Part shown: positions 49,852 through 64,000 of the stretch, piece after piece
How positions within the stretch are numbered: position 1 is the stretch's first letter
How the letters are laid out: the number at the start of each line of letters is the position of its first letter
Notes under the pieces: model-generated
Told to the model about the DNA's origin: nothing
The model's database searches: none
What the model saw: only the letters and a program-made list of their open reading frames with translations
Made by a program: the position numbers and the translations under genes
NCBI GenBank assembly: GCA_002633005.1
Contig: NMRA01000012.1
Span: 62,001 to 126,000, forward strand
Length of the DNA stretch: 64,000 bases
Reading direction: 5' to 3'
From: Phoronis australis
Taxonomy: Eukaryota; Animalia; Phoronida

Positions 49852-50006
49852 ACAGGGGCGAATCCAGGATTTTGAGTTAGGGGGGGGGGAGCCAGGGCAG
49901 AGTATTAGCTCAAGACTTTGCCCGTCAGGCATTCGCACCCCCGAACTGCCTAGGAGAATTTTAGGGGGGCCATGGTCCTCTTGGCCCCTCTCTAAATCCA
50001 TCACTG
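49852..50006. mobile_element. Short hAT-like MITE (CAGGGGCGGATCC type)
   Basis: CAGGGGCGAATCCAGG...GGGGG...GGCCCC...AAATCCATCACTG termini. Confidence 0.55.
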
Positions 50007-53000
50007 CACAATGCCATAAACATTAGTCAGGCACATTTGCTGCCTCGTTTTTGTGCCATTGGAGTTTCAAATGTTATTTGTCTGATTCTTAAACACTTTT
50101 TCCCACTAGCATTACCCTAGTCGTCCTTCCAGATACGTGATACACGAAAATGTGCCTGATTTCCAAAACGAGGTTATACGCCTTCTTTTCTCTCTAACAA
50201 AGGAAAGTTCTCTCGCAATGTAATCCGGGACAGCCCTATTGGACAACATTAATTCCACTGCAGTCCATATTCATTTTTCCCTACCATCTTCATAAACTAT
50301 TATGATTTTAAGTTTTATACCATTGATACCATTGGAAATGTTTTAAGAAATTATGGATATTCACAACAATGTTAGCATGGCAGTGATCAATAAGTCCCGT
50401 TTTTATCACCAATGGCAACAGCAAACACTGCACTGACGAAAGACAAGATTCAAGATACTTAAACAGGATAAAGTAATTTATCATACTATAACAAACAGGA
50501 CCACAAATGCAACCAGCAAGTCGTAACAGTAGTGTCATGGCTTGTGACATTTTTTGAGCTGCCATAATGGTGATCGCTGTAAAACAGTTTATCGCCATTT
50601 GGCTCTGTGAACCTCAGATAAAAAAAACAAAGGTCAATTTTGGCTATTAATCTTTGTCCAAAATTGGCTATACTTGATCATAATGTGTCCCGTTGCAAGG
50701 GCATTTGCGCTCACGCTTTGAGTTAATCTAAAAATTCAGCATCTATGCAAGCATTTTTGAAGAATGATCGAAGGAAACACTTACACAAGGGAACCTGCAT
50801 CATTGGGAATTCCGAAAGGTGCTAGCAAAGTTAAACAAACCACAAATTTACCGCTTTACTTGCCCTCGCTTCCAACCGGCTTGATGAAGAATATCATCAT
50901 AAAGGGGATTTAGCTTATCTACACTCAGTTGTATATAAAAATACATGCATGATATCATTTCACAGGCCCAATGTTGGCATAAAAACAAGAAAGAAGCAGA
51001 TGAGTAGATGATGCAACTTTTCCCAGTGGCATTTGCAACTTGCTCTCTATGACACTAACAAAGAAAAACAACAATGCACCAGGCAGATGTTATGGTTTCA
51101 TTAGCAGCTAGACTATTGCGTAAGTAAGGTCTCATGAGATGGACAGTCATAAAAAATCGGGTTATGTTCAACAATGGAAAAACTAATAAGCAAGACGATA
51201 TTCATTAAAAGATTTAGTAATCTGCGAATAAATAGAAGATTCTGGTCAAACTATCAACACACCACTCTGTGAAGAAATTAGTTCCGTAATTAATTTGAGT
51301 GAGGCTGCCTTCACAAAAAGGCCTTTTCCACTGGCTCTGAAGCTTCAGTGTTACTGAATTTTCGTCAATAGGAACACTTAACTTTGATGCCACCAGAGTT
51401 ATCGGCAGGGGGTCAGTGCGTTTGCTAACACCGGGCCGTCACTCATCAATATTTTGTTCTAATAATTATTACTTTACAAGCATAAGCATCCTGTTTCAAT
51501 TTATATCCATGTACTTGTTAGATTCTTTACATGAAAAATCACTGAACGTATGTTGTACAGAAAACGAGTTACCGCCAAATGGATCAGCTGTCATCTTAGG
51601 CAAGAGTCTAGTTTCTTTTCACGTGTCATCTTCTAATGCAACACCGTTGGTGTCTTCGCAAAAGGGTCAAATAATGTATTACAAGCAGCTGACAATGCAC
51701 CATCCACACTCGTAAAAGTGAAAGTCATATTAGCGCCACCTTGTGATAACTTTGTTGAATTAGTTTTCAGAATAAGTCTGAAGATGGTGAGGAACAGGTA
51801 AGTTTTGTAGTTTACCATGGTTAACATCGAAGTTTCCATAGTAGAGGAGTTAATTGTAAGGGAAAGGGCCCAGAGACGTATCCTAGTTTCATATGTGGGG
51901 TAATAAAGCTATCAGTTTCACTGGCTAAAACGCCTACAAAAACTCCAGCATTTCAGCCATACAAAATTTTAAAAAGTCACTAGATACAAAAATGAACAAT
52001 TTATGACTCAGCTGAGGTTTATTTCATCAAGAAATAAATCGTGTCCCCCGGTATGCACCAGTTCACGGAAAACGGCATCTTTTTTAATTTCATTGCCTGT
52101 TTCAGTGGTAGGGACGGCGTTAACGCCAACCATGAGCCATTCACAAACCAAAGAACTTCAAATGGTCAAAACCATGAAATGCTCACTTTGTAACAAGCGC
52201 TAATTTGTAAAAATTGAAAACTCAAGATGTAATACTGGACAGATCTCGCAAAAACATTAACAAAGAACTGACCGAAAGGCACACACATGCATCAGAGCAT
52301 GATTGCATTCAAATTAATTTTGACAAGACTTTTTTCTCCAAATGTCAAGTGCTGCTTTTTCAGAATGTTAACATTTAGAAGAACTTATTTTAGTGGATAT
52401 TGAAAACTATAATAGAAAACACAAACCCTTAAACCTTAACAACTGATAAGTGCTTGCTCTTTGATTTACGAGAGGAAACAGCAATTAAATAGCAAGGGGC
52501 AACCTTGGAATATAGGCCTAACTAGCACTTGGCTTTATTGCATTGTTCACACGCAGTCTCATCTGAAGGCAGATCGCAGCTCTGATCCGTTGTCTGAAAA
52601 AATCACACGCGACTGCTCATCAGTCAATTGAACAGCTTTCTTATCCTCCAACTCGATATCAGTTGGCAGACATGCCTTCTTATGATGAGAATCCTTCATT
52701 CTAACAACATGATTTGAGGTCAGGCTTTAGACTCCTATGATGATCACACCTGATTGGTCAGAATATTAGCATTTCACACATTAACATTATGTTAATTACT
52801 AATAAGATGGCAGATAGGCTCACGGTTAAATCTCATCAATTTCAGACATAGAAAATTGTTTAAGTTGCAATTTTTCAATTTTACAAGGGCTTCTCTCATA
52901 GTTATGATTTCTAAAAACAATGTCAGTTGATAGCCATGGCACAGAACTTGAGGAAATTATTAATTAGGTGGTATATATCTTTAATGAGAAACTGAAAAAA

Positions 53001-55342
53001 TTTCACTTTAAAGTCAAATTCTTTGTGTCTTAAATTGATGAGATTTTATTGTAGGACCCCCTTTGTGAACCAACCATCTGGTTTACCCTGTGATCAGCGC
53101 CCTATATGCCTTCTTTTAAAAATTCCACAAATGAATGCGGTACACAGTTCCAAATGCAAATCTGCAATCAATTTTCTGGTTGTGTGGAGGCCTATGTTGG
53201 CAATTTGTTCCTAAGGTGAAAATCCCAAACTCTGTCTCAGCACAACCATAGGGATGTCATGACGTGTCACTCTTGTCATACCACTACAAATGCCTGTGTA
53301 CAGAGCAGGAGGTTTGGTCAAGTCATTCCGACACTGTAGTGCAAATGTCCAACCAGTTAAAAGTCTATAAATTTCCGGGCAAGGTCATTACTATAGTATG
53401 GAAAAGAATACAGGGATTTCCAACAGAAGCCTGCATCTCAACAATGCAACAAAAAGGCCTTCCCCACTGGCTCCGAAGCTTCGGTGTTAATGTGGGAATG
53501 CTTAACGTTGGTCTTGAATCGAAGTTACAAGCACGAGTTAATTCCGTAAAATATAGGTGGATTAAACAGCAAAGGGTCGAAACTTCACTAGAATGGGAAC
53601 ACAGCATGCCATCAAAAACGACCCCTTAATTTATGGTCGCATAAAAGGGGGCACTTCCGAAATTTCTCACTACCTAAAATGGAGCAGACACAAACATGTC
53701 TAAAACCTTTCCAAGAACAGACAAAAATAATTTCCGTCACCAAACACAGAACTCAGACCATTACCAAACAAAATTAGTGCAACTCCAAATCATCACTTTT
53801 GACCAGATAGGCAAACCCATCCAAAATATTAGCCATGAAAAGTCGATGGCACGTGGCCTTTCAATTTCTTTAGTTAGCAGAAACCTTTATCATGCTTGCA
53901 GGAAACCATTTGCCAAATTTCACAGGGGTGAAAAGGAGATACAGTCCGCAGACGCCAGACGGAGAATGCCGAACAAACATCAAACAGGTGTACATTGGAT
54001 GCCGGATACAGATGACAGCAATTAAGACCACATACAAATATATGGATGAGTAAAAACAATGCTGTTCTTAATTAAATTGCAAATAAAATGTTTTGAGCCA
54101 TGCACACGTTTTAGGCTGGATCACCAGACAAAGCAAAAACATCTGACAATGACTGGGGTGAGCACTCACAACAAAAGGTCTACTATTCACAATTTCCTAC
54201 CTACCCATTGCAGTAGCTGGCTACAGGCAAGGGAACTTGAAATTCACCAATCCCACAAGAGAAGCTAGGGTCCTTCCCATAGAAATGCTTGCTTTCAAGT
54301 AATCACGTTGGTCCTCATCATATAAACAGCTTTCTGCTCACCATCTACTCAGACGCTAGCTCCACCTAGTGAATGTGGAGTCTCACTGTAGTTATTCTTA
54401 AAGCAAGCCATAATTGATATTCCTAAGTCTAATAAAGAGTTACTAGGAATTGTGCCGGTGTTGAAATTATCAAATAAAATTTATGAATCCATCACAGCAC
54501 TCGATAGTTTCCATCAAGTGTTTATAGCTTTGCATGAATGTTTAGCACACTGTACATATTACTGTTAACTTTATGTGATCATAAGGAGTTTCAAAAAGCT
54601 TTGCATACTTTGCATGAGACTGCAGCGCCAGTGGTCTCACCTGCATTCCCTGAGTCAACAATAAGCAAAACTTTCAATCACACCAATCTTAATTCTCAAT
54701 ACGGCAATTCCGTCCACTTATTTCGCATAAAACAAATACCAAGACTGACATTTTTCCATAGTTCAAAGGCCTCTTACTTTGCCACAAATAATGGGAATGT
54801 TACTAAATGTTGTTTTGTGACATCTACACAGCAGTACAACCTATACTAGTGATCCATTAATTTCTTTATTTCTGCGGAGAATTTTGATGAATTTAACAAG
54901 TAATGAAATTTCACTCATCAGCCACAATGTGCACTAAACAGGTGAAGATGACATTGACAGTTCATTCCAAAATGGGTTTCAGGGTGCAAAACTTTCCTAC
55001 CTCAACCAGTTTGACTAGTCCCATGCCTTACAGCCATGTGTAAGCAATCTTGAGTCAGTCTGCAGCCAAGACAGCAATGAGGAGTGGTTGTGAAGGACAT
55101 ATACCAGTACTTGACCACCTGATGATTATGTATGTGGACTTATTCAATGGCACTGCTGCCAGCAATAATATACAAATGATCAGAGTGAAAGAAAGGAACT
55201 AGTGAATAGATAGAGACTGGAGAAAGCCAATAAAATCATTCGTCACAAAAAGAATAAGGACTACAATCTATTTGTGTTGTGTTTGGCAAAAATATGGTGC
55301 TTTTGAATACCAAAACCTCAAGTGTGATTGGAATAAATCTAA

Positions 55343-56378
55343 AGGCCCTTTCATACTAACGTTGACGGGTCAATGTTTTGGGGAGTTGTGGTCAGTGCAA
55401 ATGGTTAAATTCGGTGCTGGATAGCAGTAAACAGTTGGACTTAACAGTAGAGCGTGTACACTGTAGTGAAGTATGAACTGTCAACTTGGGTCCCATTAAA
55501 GTTATGGCCAGGGGCCACAGTTATCGTTAACAATTAAAGGGCAATGTGGCCGCTAATAGTTGTCTATGTTTTGCTTGAATAATCATCAATCTAATTAGTA
55601 ATAAGTTTCATGTCAAATAGCACAGACAAAATTTCCCATTAAAAAACTTAGAGCGCACGCAATGCTTCAGAGCTACCATGACAGAAACCACAGACGACAC
55701 TGGCTGTGCAAAATCCCGAATTACTCCACCCCCCATACCACAAATGTCGAGCACTACCGACACAGTAAGGAGTTGTGAAAAGCATGGCAGTTTTTCAAAG
55801 GGTGTGTAACCACAAATATTGAATTACCCAAGAAACCCTAATAAGGCCACTAAGATGAGCTCAAATTTGATTGACCAGTGGCAATGACAAATGCACCATA
55901 ACTTACCAATAGTACTGGTATAAGTGAGAAATGCACAAGCAACAACCACTAAGAGTCGTCGAAAGCGTTTTCATCCACAAGTATCTTGGGCTGCCGGTGA
56001 GAATGATCAGCATCACGGGGCATGCGGAATAATGAAATATGTGCTAGGAAAGCACTTTTTGCGCAGTAAATTTCTTATTTCTGAAATTACCGATGGCCTA
56101 TTTATTTGAGTGATGGCCGACCAGCCGATAATATTGAGAAAGTGGTAATCATTTCAAGCAACTTTTTTTAAATTTTGCTCATCTTTTTTAATTCTTGCCG
56201 CCCTGTTGAACCCATCCAAAATCAAAATCTGGCCATCAAAAAGACGGCCGCTGTATAAACCCTTGGCGTCACCTACCATTTACTTCGAAGTCCGTTAACA
56301 ACTGAAGGCAGTATGAACAGTTCAGTTAACTTCATCGATGCTCCCTCAGACCGGAGTTAAGTCAGTACGAAAGGGCCT
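55343..56378 (+). mobile_element. PIF/Harbinger-like MITE, copy 3, with TAA target-site duplication and a nested ~650-bp insert
   Basis: TAA|AGGCCCTTTCATACT ... AGTACGAAAGGGCCT|TAA; segment ~55615-56264 is absent from copy 1. Confidence 0.85.
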
Positions 56379-58085
56379 TAAGGTTATCTCAAACCTTATT
56401 TAATGGCCTCCATTCTAACTCGTATATATAAAACATAGGCTTTGTCAACTAGAAAAGTATATATTTTCTGAAAGAAAAAGGAGCAGGAAAAATAAAAATA
56501 ATGCATTTTATGTTGATGTATGGTTGATTTTAATGAAATCTTTTTTAAATGATAACTTCACCAGTTACCTTAAAAAAGATGTCAGGAATTTTCGATTAGT
56601 CTTTTTGTTTGGTTTCTATGACAAATCAACTCGCAAAACGAAAGGTAATTTTGTAAGAAGTAGCAGTCATATTCGTCTTTGTTACAATAAGTGAAATCCA
56701 AGCCTTTATATCGAAAATCCTAACAGAGTTTTTGAGATTGATGAATAAATATTAAGTTTGCAAAGTTTCAGCCAAATCCACCAAGCCGTTTTCGAGAACT
56801 CGTGTTCCTAAGTTCAAATTAAGTCGATTTGCCGAAGCTGAGAAAAGCCGATTAAGTCATGAGAAGTGAAAGTCTTAAGGTCTTCGGTTAATTATTTGGT
56901 GAAAATTGTTTTTCATCAATATCACCTATACACCCCTTAGCAGCATTCATTATTTCAACATTCAGGCACAATGTCATCCGAATTTGCAGTGCATAATTAA
57001 CTTAATTATCACAAAACACTAAGTCGATTTCTAATGCATCAAGTCCAACTTGGACACGGGCGGAGTCAACATATTAAGTGGGTCAGGCTGGTGCATTGTG
57101 GTCCACTTTAAAGTAGATCAACAGTTCATTGTAAAACAAAAAAGGCACTGCTGGAAGAAACCCAAATACAAAATGGATAACAGAAATGGAGTCGGTGGTT
57201 AAAGCACATTGTGAGCATGAAATCGAAACAGCAAAATGTCACATGACCCAAATTAAGGAATTCGGTTGAGGATTTATCTCTTTTCCCAACTTGCTGTGTC
57301 CATGAACACCAACTGGACTAAGTCACAGAGGCGTGAGGCGACTTGTAGCATTCATTCTCAATGGTCATATGCATGCACACAACTCCCTCATGATCAAAAC
57401 TGATTTCTCATCCTTTTCTCCCGGCATCTTTCTATCAATTGTACAAGCCGTTGACGCAATATTATGGGAAATTATGTACGAAAGGACTGAGGGTTCATAC
57501 GGAGCTAACCTGTGTTTGGCGGTAGATTCGATATGAGTGATAGCTCCATAACCTTTGACCACGGATAAGTAGTAAACAATTTCCACGCAGTTCTGTAGTT
57601 CCAAGGTGGTTCTGCTAAATCTTTTTTCTCGCTACACCGTATGTATTTGAAGTTCCCCGAGAATGATGACAAGGTATTTTGCTAGACATACCGTAAAAAT
57701 GGCCAATTTTTGTGAATAAGGTTTGAGATATCCTTAACACAGCAGCGTATAGACTGGCTGTATTACATCTATAACACCGCAGGCCTTAGTTGTGTCTACA
57801 CAACAAAATGGCATTAGGTAAATTTTGAAAGTTCTTGTACCTTTCAAAAATGTTCTACCATTAAAACATATGACAAGTTATAGTCACTTACAGGGGTCTG
57901 GCAATATGACAACTATGAAATTTTCTCCACCAAATAATGGGCATCAAACTGAGTCTCAAAATCCAGGGCCCTGCGGGTGACTAAAGCCACCTGACCAATG
58001 AAAACTCAATGTAACAAACAATGTGACTACAGACCTGATATATACACATACACATACAACACCCTGTACTTAACCAATTTTGTAT

Positions 58086-58231
58086 AACAGAAAAAATACT
58101 ACCCAAGTACAGCAAATATATGTATACATAATATATACTGGTATGTGAACGCATTACAACAGAAAAAATACTACCCAAGTACAGCAAATATATGTATACA
58201 TAATATATACTGGTATGTGAACGCATTACAA
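58086..58231. repeat. 72-bp perfect tandem duplication
   Basis: AACAGAAAAAATACTACCCAAG...GTGAACGCATTAC x2. Confidence 0.95.
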
Positions 58232-61230
58232 TGCATAAAAATGCATAGACTAGACTGAAACCCAATGTGACTGAGCAACTATGTATTTTAATGGCAAGCC
58301 TTGTTTCGCTTCCAATTTGTAACAAGAAATAATTCAAGCACTGATACATACTACAAATTCAAATTTGTGAGTCTCAATGCACTAGATGCCTCAAAAAGGT
58401 CAGTGACACCTTGTCAGGAAAGGCAAACAGGAGTTCCTATTGCACAAGGAATGAAAATAAACACTGATACTGAATGTAACATTTCATGCATTAAAATCTA
58501 ATGTGATGCAAATTGCCCTGGAGAGCTTATTCAGTCAACAAACTGGCAGACACTACAATAAAATTAGGAGCCATAAAAGGAAGTGGGGGATAGAAATTAT
58601 ATCACGCAAATTATTTGTTCATAAGTGACTTTAATAGAGAAAGTATAAATGTGAAGTTTGCAAAGATTTCAAAATTCAGCAGTCATTTCATAGATGTAGT
58701 TTGGTTGATACAAAAACACAAAACGCTAATAAAAGGTGTCTCCAAAAAAGATCTAAGGACAGGCTGTTTTTATCAACATCAACATTTGATTTAGTAGATC
58801 TAAGGGACATGGTCAGATGGCAAAAGAAACATAAGCACTATTTGACAAGCTGTCCATGAACTAGTTGAGGTCTGTGAGAACATTCCAATCCAGGGACACC
58901 AAATGCAGTGGGATGAATCCCAAGTGTCACAAATAATATAAGAGTCTCGTACAACTTTGCAAACTTCCAGTCTCCCAGATAAAGAGTAAAATCATATACA
59001 TTTCCAGCATGTTTCCAATATCATATTTTGAAAACCTCTTTGTACGAAATCGTGGGATCAAATTTTAGGAAAATCTTATGACCAGGAAATTACAAAAGTT
59101 AAACTTTGTGTGAACCACGAAACAGCTTTGCATTATGTGGCCACGAAGGCCTGGGTTTTGGAGTTCTGAAAGTCCCCAGTTAAGCAGTGCTCCTGACAAT
59201 AAAAGTATCTCAGCCATGGAAACCCTCAGACATCACACCACAGTCAGCAGGTTGCAAAGTTCTACCTTTCCTCTGAGCACCTCTCTCCAGATACATTATC
59301 ATCCCTGCACTGCCCTTCCACCTCTTCTATCTTGTTCGTAGTCATTCTCCCAACATAGGGCATATCCCGCAACAATTAAGACAACTTTGCAGGATTGCAT
59401 GAAGAATAAGATGAACAAGCGTCAATATGTAGAGCAAATGCATCCTTCTGAATTTGACAAAATCCAGGTAAGTTTATCTGGGACAAGAACCTATGACACC
59501 ACTGCGTCAACACAGACATTTAAGAAATGAAGAGATGGGGGCCAGCAATACAGACAGCACTGCAAGATTCCGAAAAGTAACAGTTGGAAAGAAAACTGAG
59601 ATTTGTCATAACTAAAACGGTACGTTGGTGCACAATAGGAGATGTTACATATGTTAGAAATCACAGTAGATTTAGACTTGCAGGATCTAGTTAGTTGGGA
59701 TTCCCCTGGATGAGAGAATGAATTGACCTAGTGAATCAATACAGGCCAGTAAGACTAGGTCATTGAACCACCTTTATCAATTGGTTATATAAGACTAAAG
59801 CAAGCAGCAAACACCACTACTGCCTCTTTACATAGCATGACCAATGGAAACTGGCCAAACTAAAGTCTTCTCAACCTGGTCTGACTGGGCACTGTCAGGA
59901 ATATGCCACTACAAGCATGGGAAACAAATCATGATTGGAGCAATCAAAATAGAGTGGTTGACTTCTGACACCACAAGTAGATAATGGTAAGGATGACCAC
60001 ATAGAAGTCCACTGCACAAGCTGTTGTCAGGCAAAAGACCAGAAAGGCCAATCATGAACCTTCCTGCAAGGAACAGGTGGTCCATCAAAAGCAGACATGA
60101 AAAAAGGAAATGTGAACCCACATGAGAGAGTGTCACGAGACAATCTCAGCACAGGACACAAGGAGACTGGCTGACTGATAGCACGTCAACTATACAAAAT
60201 TATAACATGCAATCTTGATTTGGCCAACTCCAACAAGATCCCTATGGCGAGCAGCTGCAACAAAAAACCCATTATCGGAACCTAATGAAGACTGAAATTG
60301 GTCTGACAGCTGGTTGGCCTCTAATGAAAAAAGTCGACAATATTTAGATATGATCTCAATCAAATATATGTGTAGTAATGTACCTACCCACTTCACTGCA
60401 ATTCAGGCCTAATCAGTATACCAATCCATTAACACAGGAATTACAAAAGCATGTGCATACACTGGCTCAAAAACTGCACTCGTGCCTGTTGAGAAATGCC
60501 CCCCTCCCCCAATATTAGTTTCTACTTTACTCAAAGTACGGCATACACATTTCAATCATAATGCATTTGGAAATAAAATCTATTTTCATACTCGATTAGT
60601 TAATAACATACCTATTTCAAAAGCAAACCAACAAAAACAGCACATATCATTAAATGAAATCGCAAAAAATACCCTAACTGGCAGCACACAGGTATTTGCT
60701 GAGGTAAGCCCTGACACTCAGATACTTAAAAGCAATTCTGTTTACCATGAACGATATAAAAAATCAACAATTCCGTCACCTAGATATTCAAAGTGAACAA
60801 ATCACAAAACTCTGTGGCCTTTAAAAATGAACACGTTTGATTTATATAACAATGAATACAAACAGGTCAAAAATCTCTCAAATCAAATGAGACATTAACA
60901 TGAGATCCAGCAGTAACTCCCACACTACTTACAAGAAATCCTTTAAAGTTTCACAGGCGGGCACAACAAGACTTGCCAGAGACAAAATATTAATGATGAC
61001 TGAGCCCAAAGCCCTATTGAATCAGATATAGACAGAATGGATTCACCCCAGGGGCAATGATCAGAAAACCTGTACAAAGAATTTGTTGACTTAGCAGGGG
61101 ATTGTTTTCACCAGAATCAGAGCAGCATGAGAAGAATTCAGGTAAAGCACTATACAAGGCTACATTTGTATGAAAGAACAAGCAGGTGACCACATCCAAA
61201 AACTGATAGCCGAGAAGGAGTTACTAAAAA

Positions 61231-61712
61231 CTGATCAACAGAGAGCGAGCTCTTGGCAGGTGATCAACAGAGAGTGAGCTCCCAGTAGCCAATCAACAGA
61301 GAACGAGCTCCTTGTAGCTGATAAACAGAGAACGAGCTCCTTGTAGCTGATCAACAGAGAACGAGCTCCTTGTAGATGATCAACAGAGAACGAGCTCCTT
61401 GTAGCCAATCAACAGAGAACGAGCTCCTTGTAGCCAATCAACAGAGAACGAGCTCCTTGTAGCTGATCAACAGAGAACGAGCTTCTTGTAGCTGATCAAC
61501 AGAGAACGAGCTTCTTGTAGCTGATCAACAAAAAGTAAGCTCCTGGTAGGTAATCAACAGAGAGCGATATTCAAAAAATAGACGGTCAACCAAAACCGAG
61601 CTCCAGGTAGCTGGTGAACAGAGAGTGAGCTCCTGGTAGCTGATCAACAGAGAGCGAGCTCCAGGTAGCTGACCAACAGAGAGCGAGTTCCAGGTAGCTG
61701 ATCAACAGAAAG
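61231..61712. repeat. Minisatellite, 29-bp unit x~15 with an interruption near 61570-61595
   Basis: GATCAACAGAGAACGAGCTCCTTGTAGCT and variants. Confidence 0.95.
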
Positions 61713-61826
61713 AGCACAGAAGATAGGTTTATGATGCAATGTACTTGTGACAAGCCATCACCATCCAGCATGTATGGACAGAAATAAAGGGACAACTTTG
61801 TCTAAAGAGTCCCACTGATGGCCAGT

Positions 61827-62418
61827 CAGTGTTCTACAAGTTCACAGCTCCATTTGGCGACCTACAGCTTACTAATGCAACTTCAGATTATGTTTGGCAA
61901 CCTTAGAAAAATTCTAAAGCACCACAATGAGAACCAAGGTCAGACAACAATTCACTCAAAATTTGTTTCAAAATTTGTGGCGACTTCCAAACTTTAAAAA
62001 CCTAACACTTTTCTTAGATTTGATACCTTTGGTTTATAGATATTCCGTTTCTTTTGCAACGTCATTGCTTTGGCGCACTCAGCAGTCAACAACCAAGCTC
62101 AAATTACAACAGAAAGTAAACTGTTGGAATTGTTCGGCAAAAATCTGGCAAGGTCAGACTATGAAACAGTGTATCGAATGGTCTGCATTTTCCATTGGTA
62201 TTTGTAAGAGGAATTGAGTCAGATATTGAATAGTGCATATTTACAGGAGAAATGGAAGAGGTATGTCTACCTTTTAATAACGCTGAGAACGGCCAATTCC
62301 TTTTTTTGGGTTAGCAATTTCCGACCTCAGTTTGGCGACTTCCGTTTTCATTTGGCGACCTGGGATTTTCGCTAAGCCGCATTTGGCAACTTGGTGTTAA
62401 GCCAACAGTTGAGCACTG
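61827..62418. mobile_element. hAT-like MITE with TTTGGCGAC sub-terminal repeats (related fragment at 18030-18113)
   Basis: CAGTGTTCTAC / GTTGAGCACTG termini; CATTTGGCGACCTG(G/A)GATTTTC is shared with 18051-18073. Confidence 0.6.
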
Positions 62419-63419
62419 AAGCTATATTACAAACCAAACAATTTAAGAGGCATGAGCCTCAAACTAAATGTAGGAAAGGAAAACAAAAAGAATGTATGCT
62501 GTTCTTTTTTGTGAACCTTACACATTGATAATCTCAGAGTCATGTGAGAGTGTGTATGCAACACTACTCCGAAAAATAAATGAGAAAGTGCTCAAGGAAG
62601 CGCTTGAAAAGGCAACACTTGGCGAAATGAAAAGCAGAGAGAAAGACACAAATCACAGCCCCCATATTGAATTTAATTTCAAACAATAAGCCTCAAGTTA
62701 TCAACATCTTGTACGTACATTTCATGTCAAACGGACAAATAAGTAACCTAAGAGGGATATCGCAAGTCTAAGACATGAGGCAGTGTCGGACCTGAATGAA
62801 AAACTGTGACAAAGATGTCGACGGCAAAGACAATAATAAAGGCTTTGAAGATAGATTCTTATGAATGGTGACTAAAAAACTAAGAAACATGGCCATGTAT
62901 AGTAGATGGTAAATTAACAAAAGTGCACCAAAGCATTGGCCAATAAAAGAGCAGTCATTAAGAAGTCTACAATTCTGCAAAAGCGCCGTCTCCTATGCAA
63001 TTTCAACCCAAAACAATAGGCCTTGAGCTTTAGATGAGTTACGGGTTGTGCACAAATTTCATTGTAAAAGAAGTGACTTTTAGCATGCCTATAAACAAGC
63101 AAGCAAGACAGAAAGTAAATAGAGATACTTGGCTAAATTAAAATTCAGCAAAGTAACCATAGATCAGCACATGTGGTATACAATCACAGATGAACTCCCA
63201 CTTGCCATCTTTCATTCTGTACGAGCATTCAATTTGTGTGAACCTTTGGCTCATTTTATTAAAGGTAGAACATGCAGTTGTAGTTAAAATGCAGCTAGAT
63301 ATTACACACGTAACAGGATATTTTTCTACAAGGAAACTTGACAAAAACTTGGACTTAACTGTTGTCCATATTCACCTTTAAGGACCATCTACATAAATCA
63401 CTTTTAATTGAAATTTCCA

Positions 63420-63796
63420 TGCTAATCAAATATATTTTTCATTTATCAAAAAACAGACAATCGCCGCACAAATGAAAAAGTTCGCATTAATTTGACTTTT
63501 CGTCTATTCATTAGACATCATCAGGATACAAACAATCAGACATCAAGTGTCAACGTACGAGTCAACTTACATTCCATGAAGTGAAATGAATGCAACGACA
63601 GCAAATAGTAAACAGGTCATCACCATAGCCGTAGGGTCATGGAGCTCTACATGGTATGGCCTGCTACTCTTTTATGTATCATGATGATGTCTAATGAACA
63701 GACAAAATGTTGAATTAATATGAACCTTTTCATTTGTGCGACAAGTGTCAGTTTTTTGATTCTATTATGGCCAAAAACTGATCTTTGATTAAGCAA
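63420..63796. repeat. Foldback element with ~90-110-bp inverted arms
   Basis: ATCAAAAAACAGACAATCGCCGCACAAATGAAAAAGTTC...TTCATTAGACATCATCAGGATACA pairs with TGTATCATGATGATGTCTAATGAA...GAACCTTTTCATTTGTGCGACAAGTGTCAGTTTTTTGAT. Confidence 0.8.
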
Positions 63797-64000
63797 CTAA
63801 ATAGAGTCCAAAATATGCAAGTCAGCAATAGGAATGTAGTGGCATGTATTTTTTTGAAAAATTTACCCTCTGCAAATCACCAGTAAATGCTGCAACATAT
63901 TTATGGAAAAATAACATTACTTAAAGCCTTAAAAGTTCATGCGATGTATATGCACGTTTATCAATTTGCAGAATTATATTCTAGCAAAAAAAATCTAGAA

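Noticed and set aside
44644-60796. Many 60-120-aa ORFs
   Set aside because: No recognisable domains or splice-consistent structure; lengths are as expected by chance with alternative starts.
61231-61712. CRISPR-like 29-bp repeats
   Set aside because: Head-to-tail minisatellite without spacers.

Overview
AT-rich eukaryotic (bilaterian invertebrate-like) genomic DNA with no prokaryotic features. The only host gene I can support is a minus-strand p160/SRC nuclear receptor coactivator (NCOA/taiman family, bHLH-PAS). I assembled six phase-compatible GT-AG coding exons by hand (9893-9730, 8020-7920, 5256-5079, 4564-4484, 3022-2921, 2492-2372; 747 nt) encoding the bHLH, PAS-A and the start of PAS-B. 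The gene most likely continues beyond position 1, and its start exon is not firmly located. The remaining ~54 kb looks like very large 5' intron(s) of the same gene. It is filled with non-autonomous DNA transposons (PIF/Harbinger-like, Tc1/pogo-like, hAT-like, several nested), tRNA-derived SINEs, a 5'-truncated CR1/L2-type LINE and minisatellites; a decayed THAP-domain fragment lies near the window start. The most striking structure is a Helentron/DINE-1-like non-autonomous element (3 copies plus a fragment). Its ~140-bp internal subunits each carry a co-oriented CTCF-like motif (GCCACTAGRKGGC), making it a candidate mobile array of insulator sites. A CCAAT/CRE/CTCF-like cluster at ~15.1-15.45 kb looks like an internal promoter. 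The 1-kb duplication around the single N at 31109 is probably an assembly artefact.
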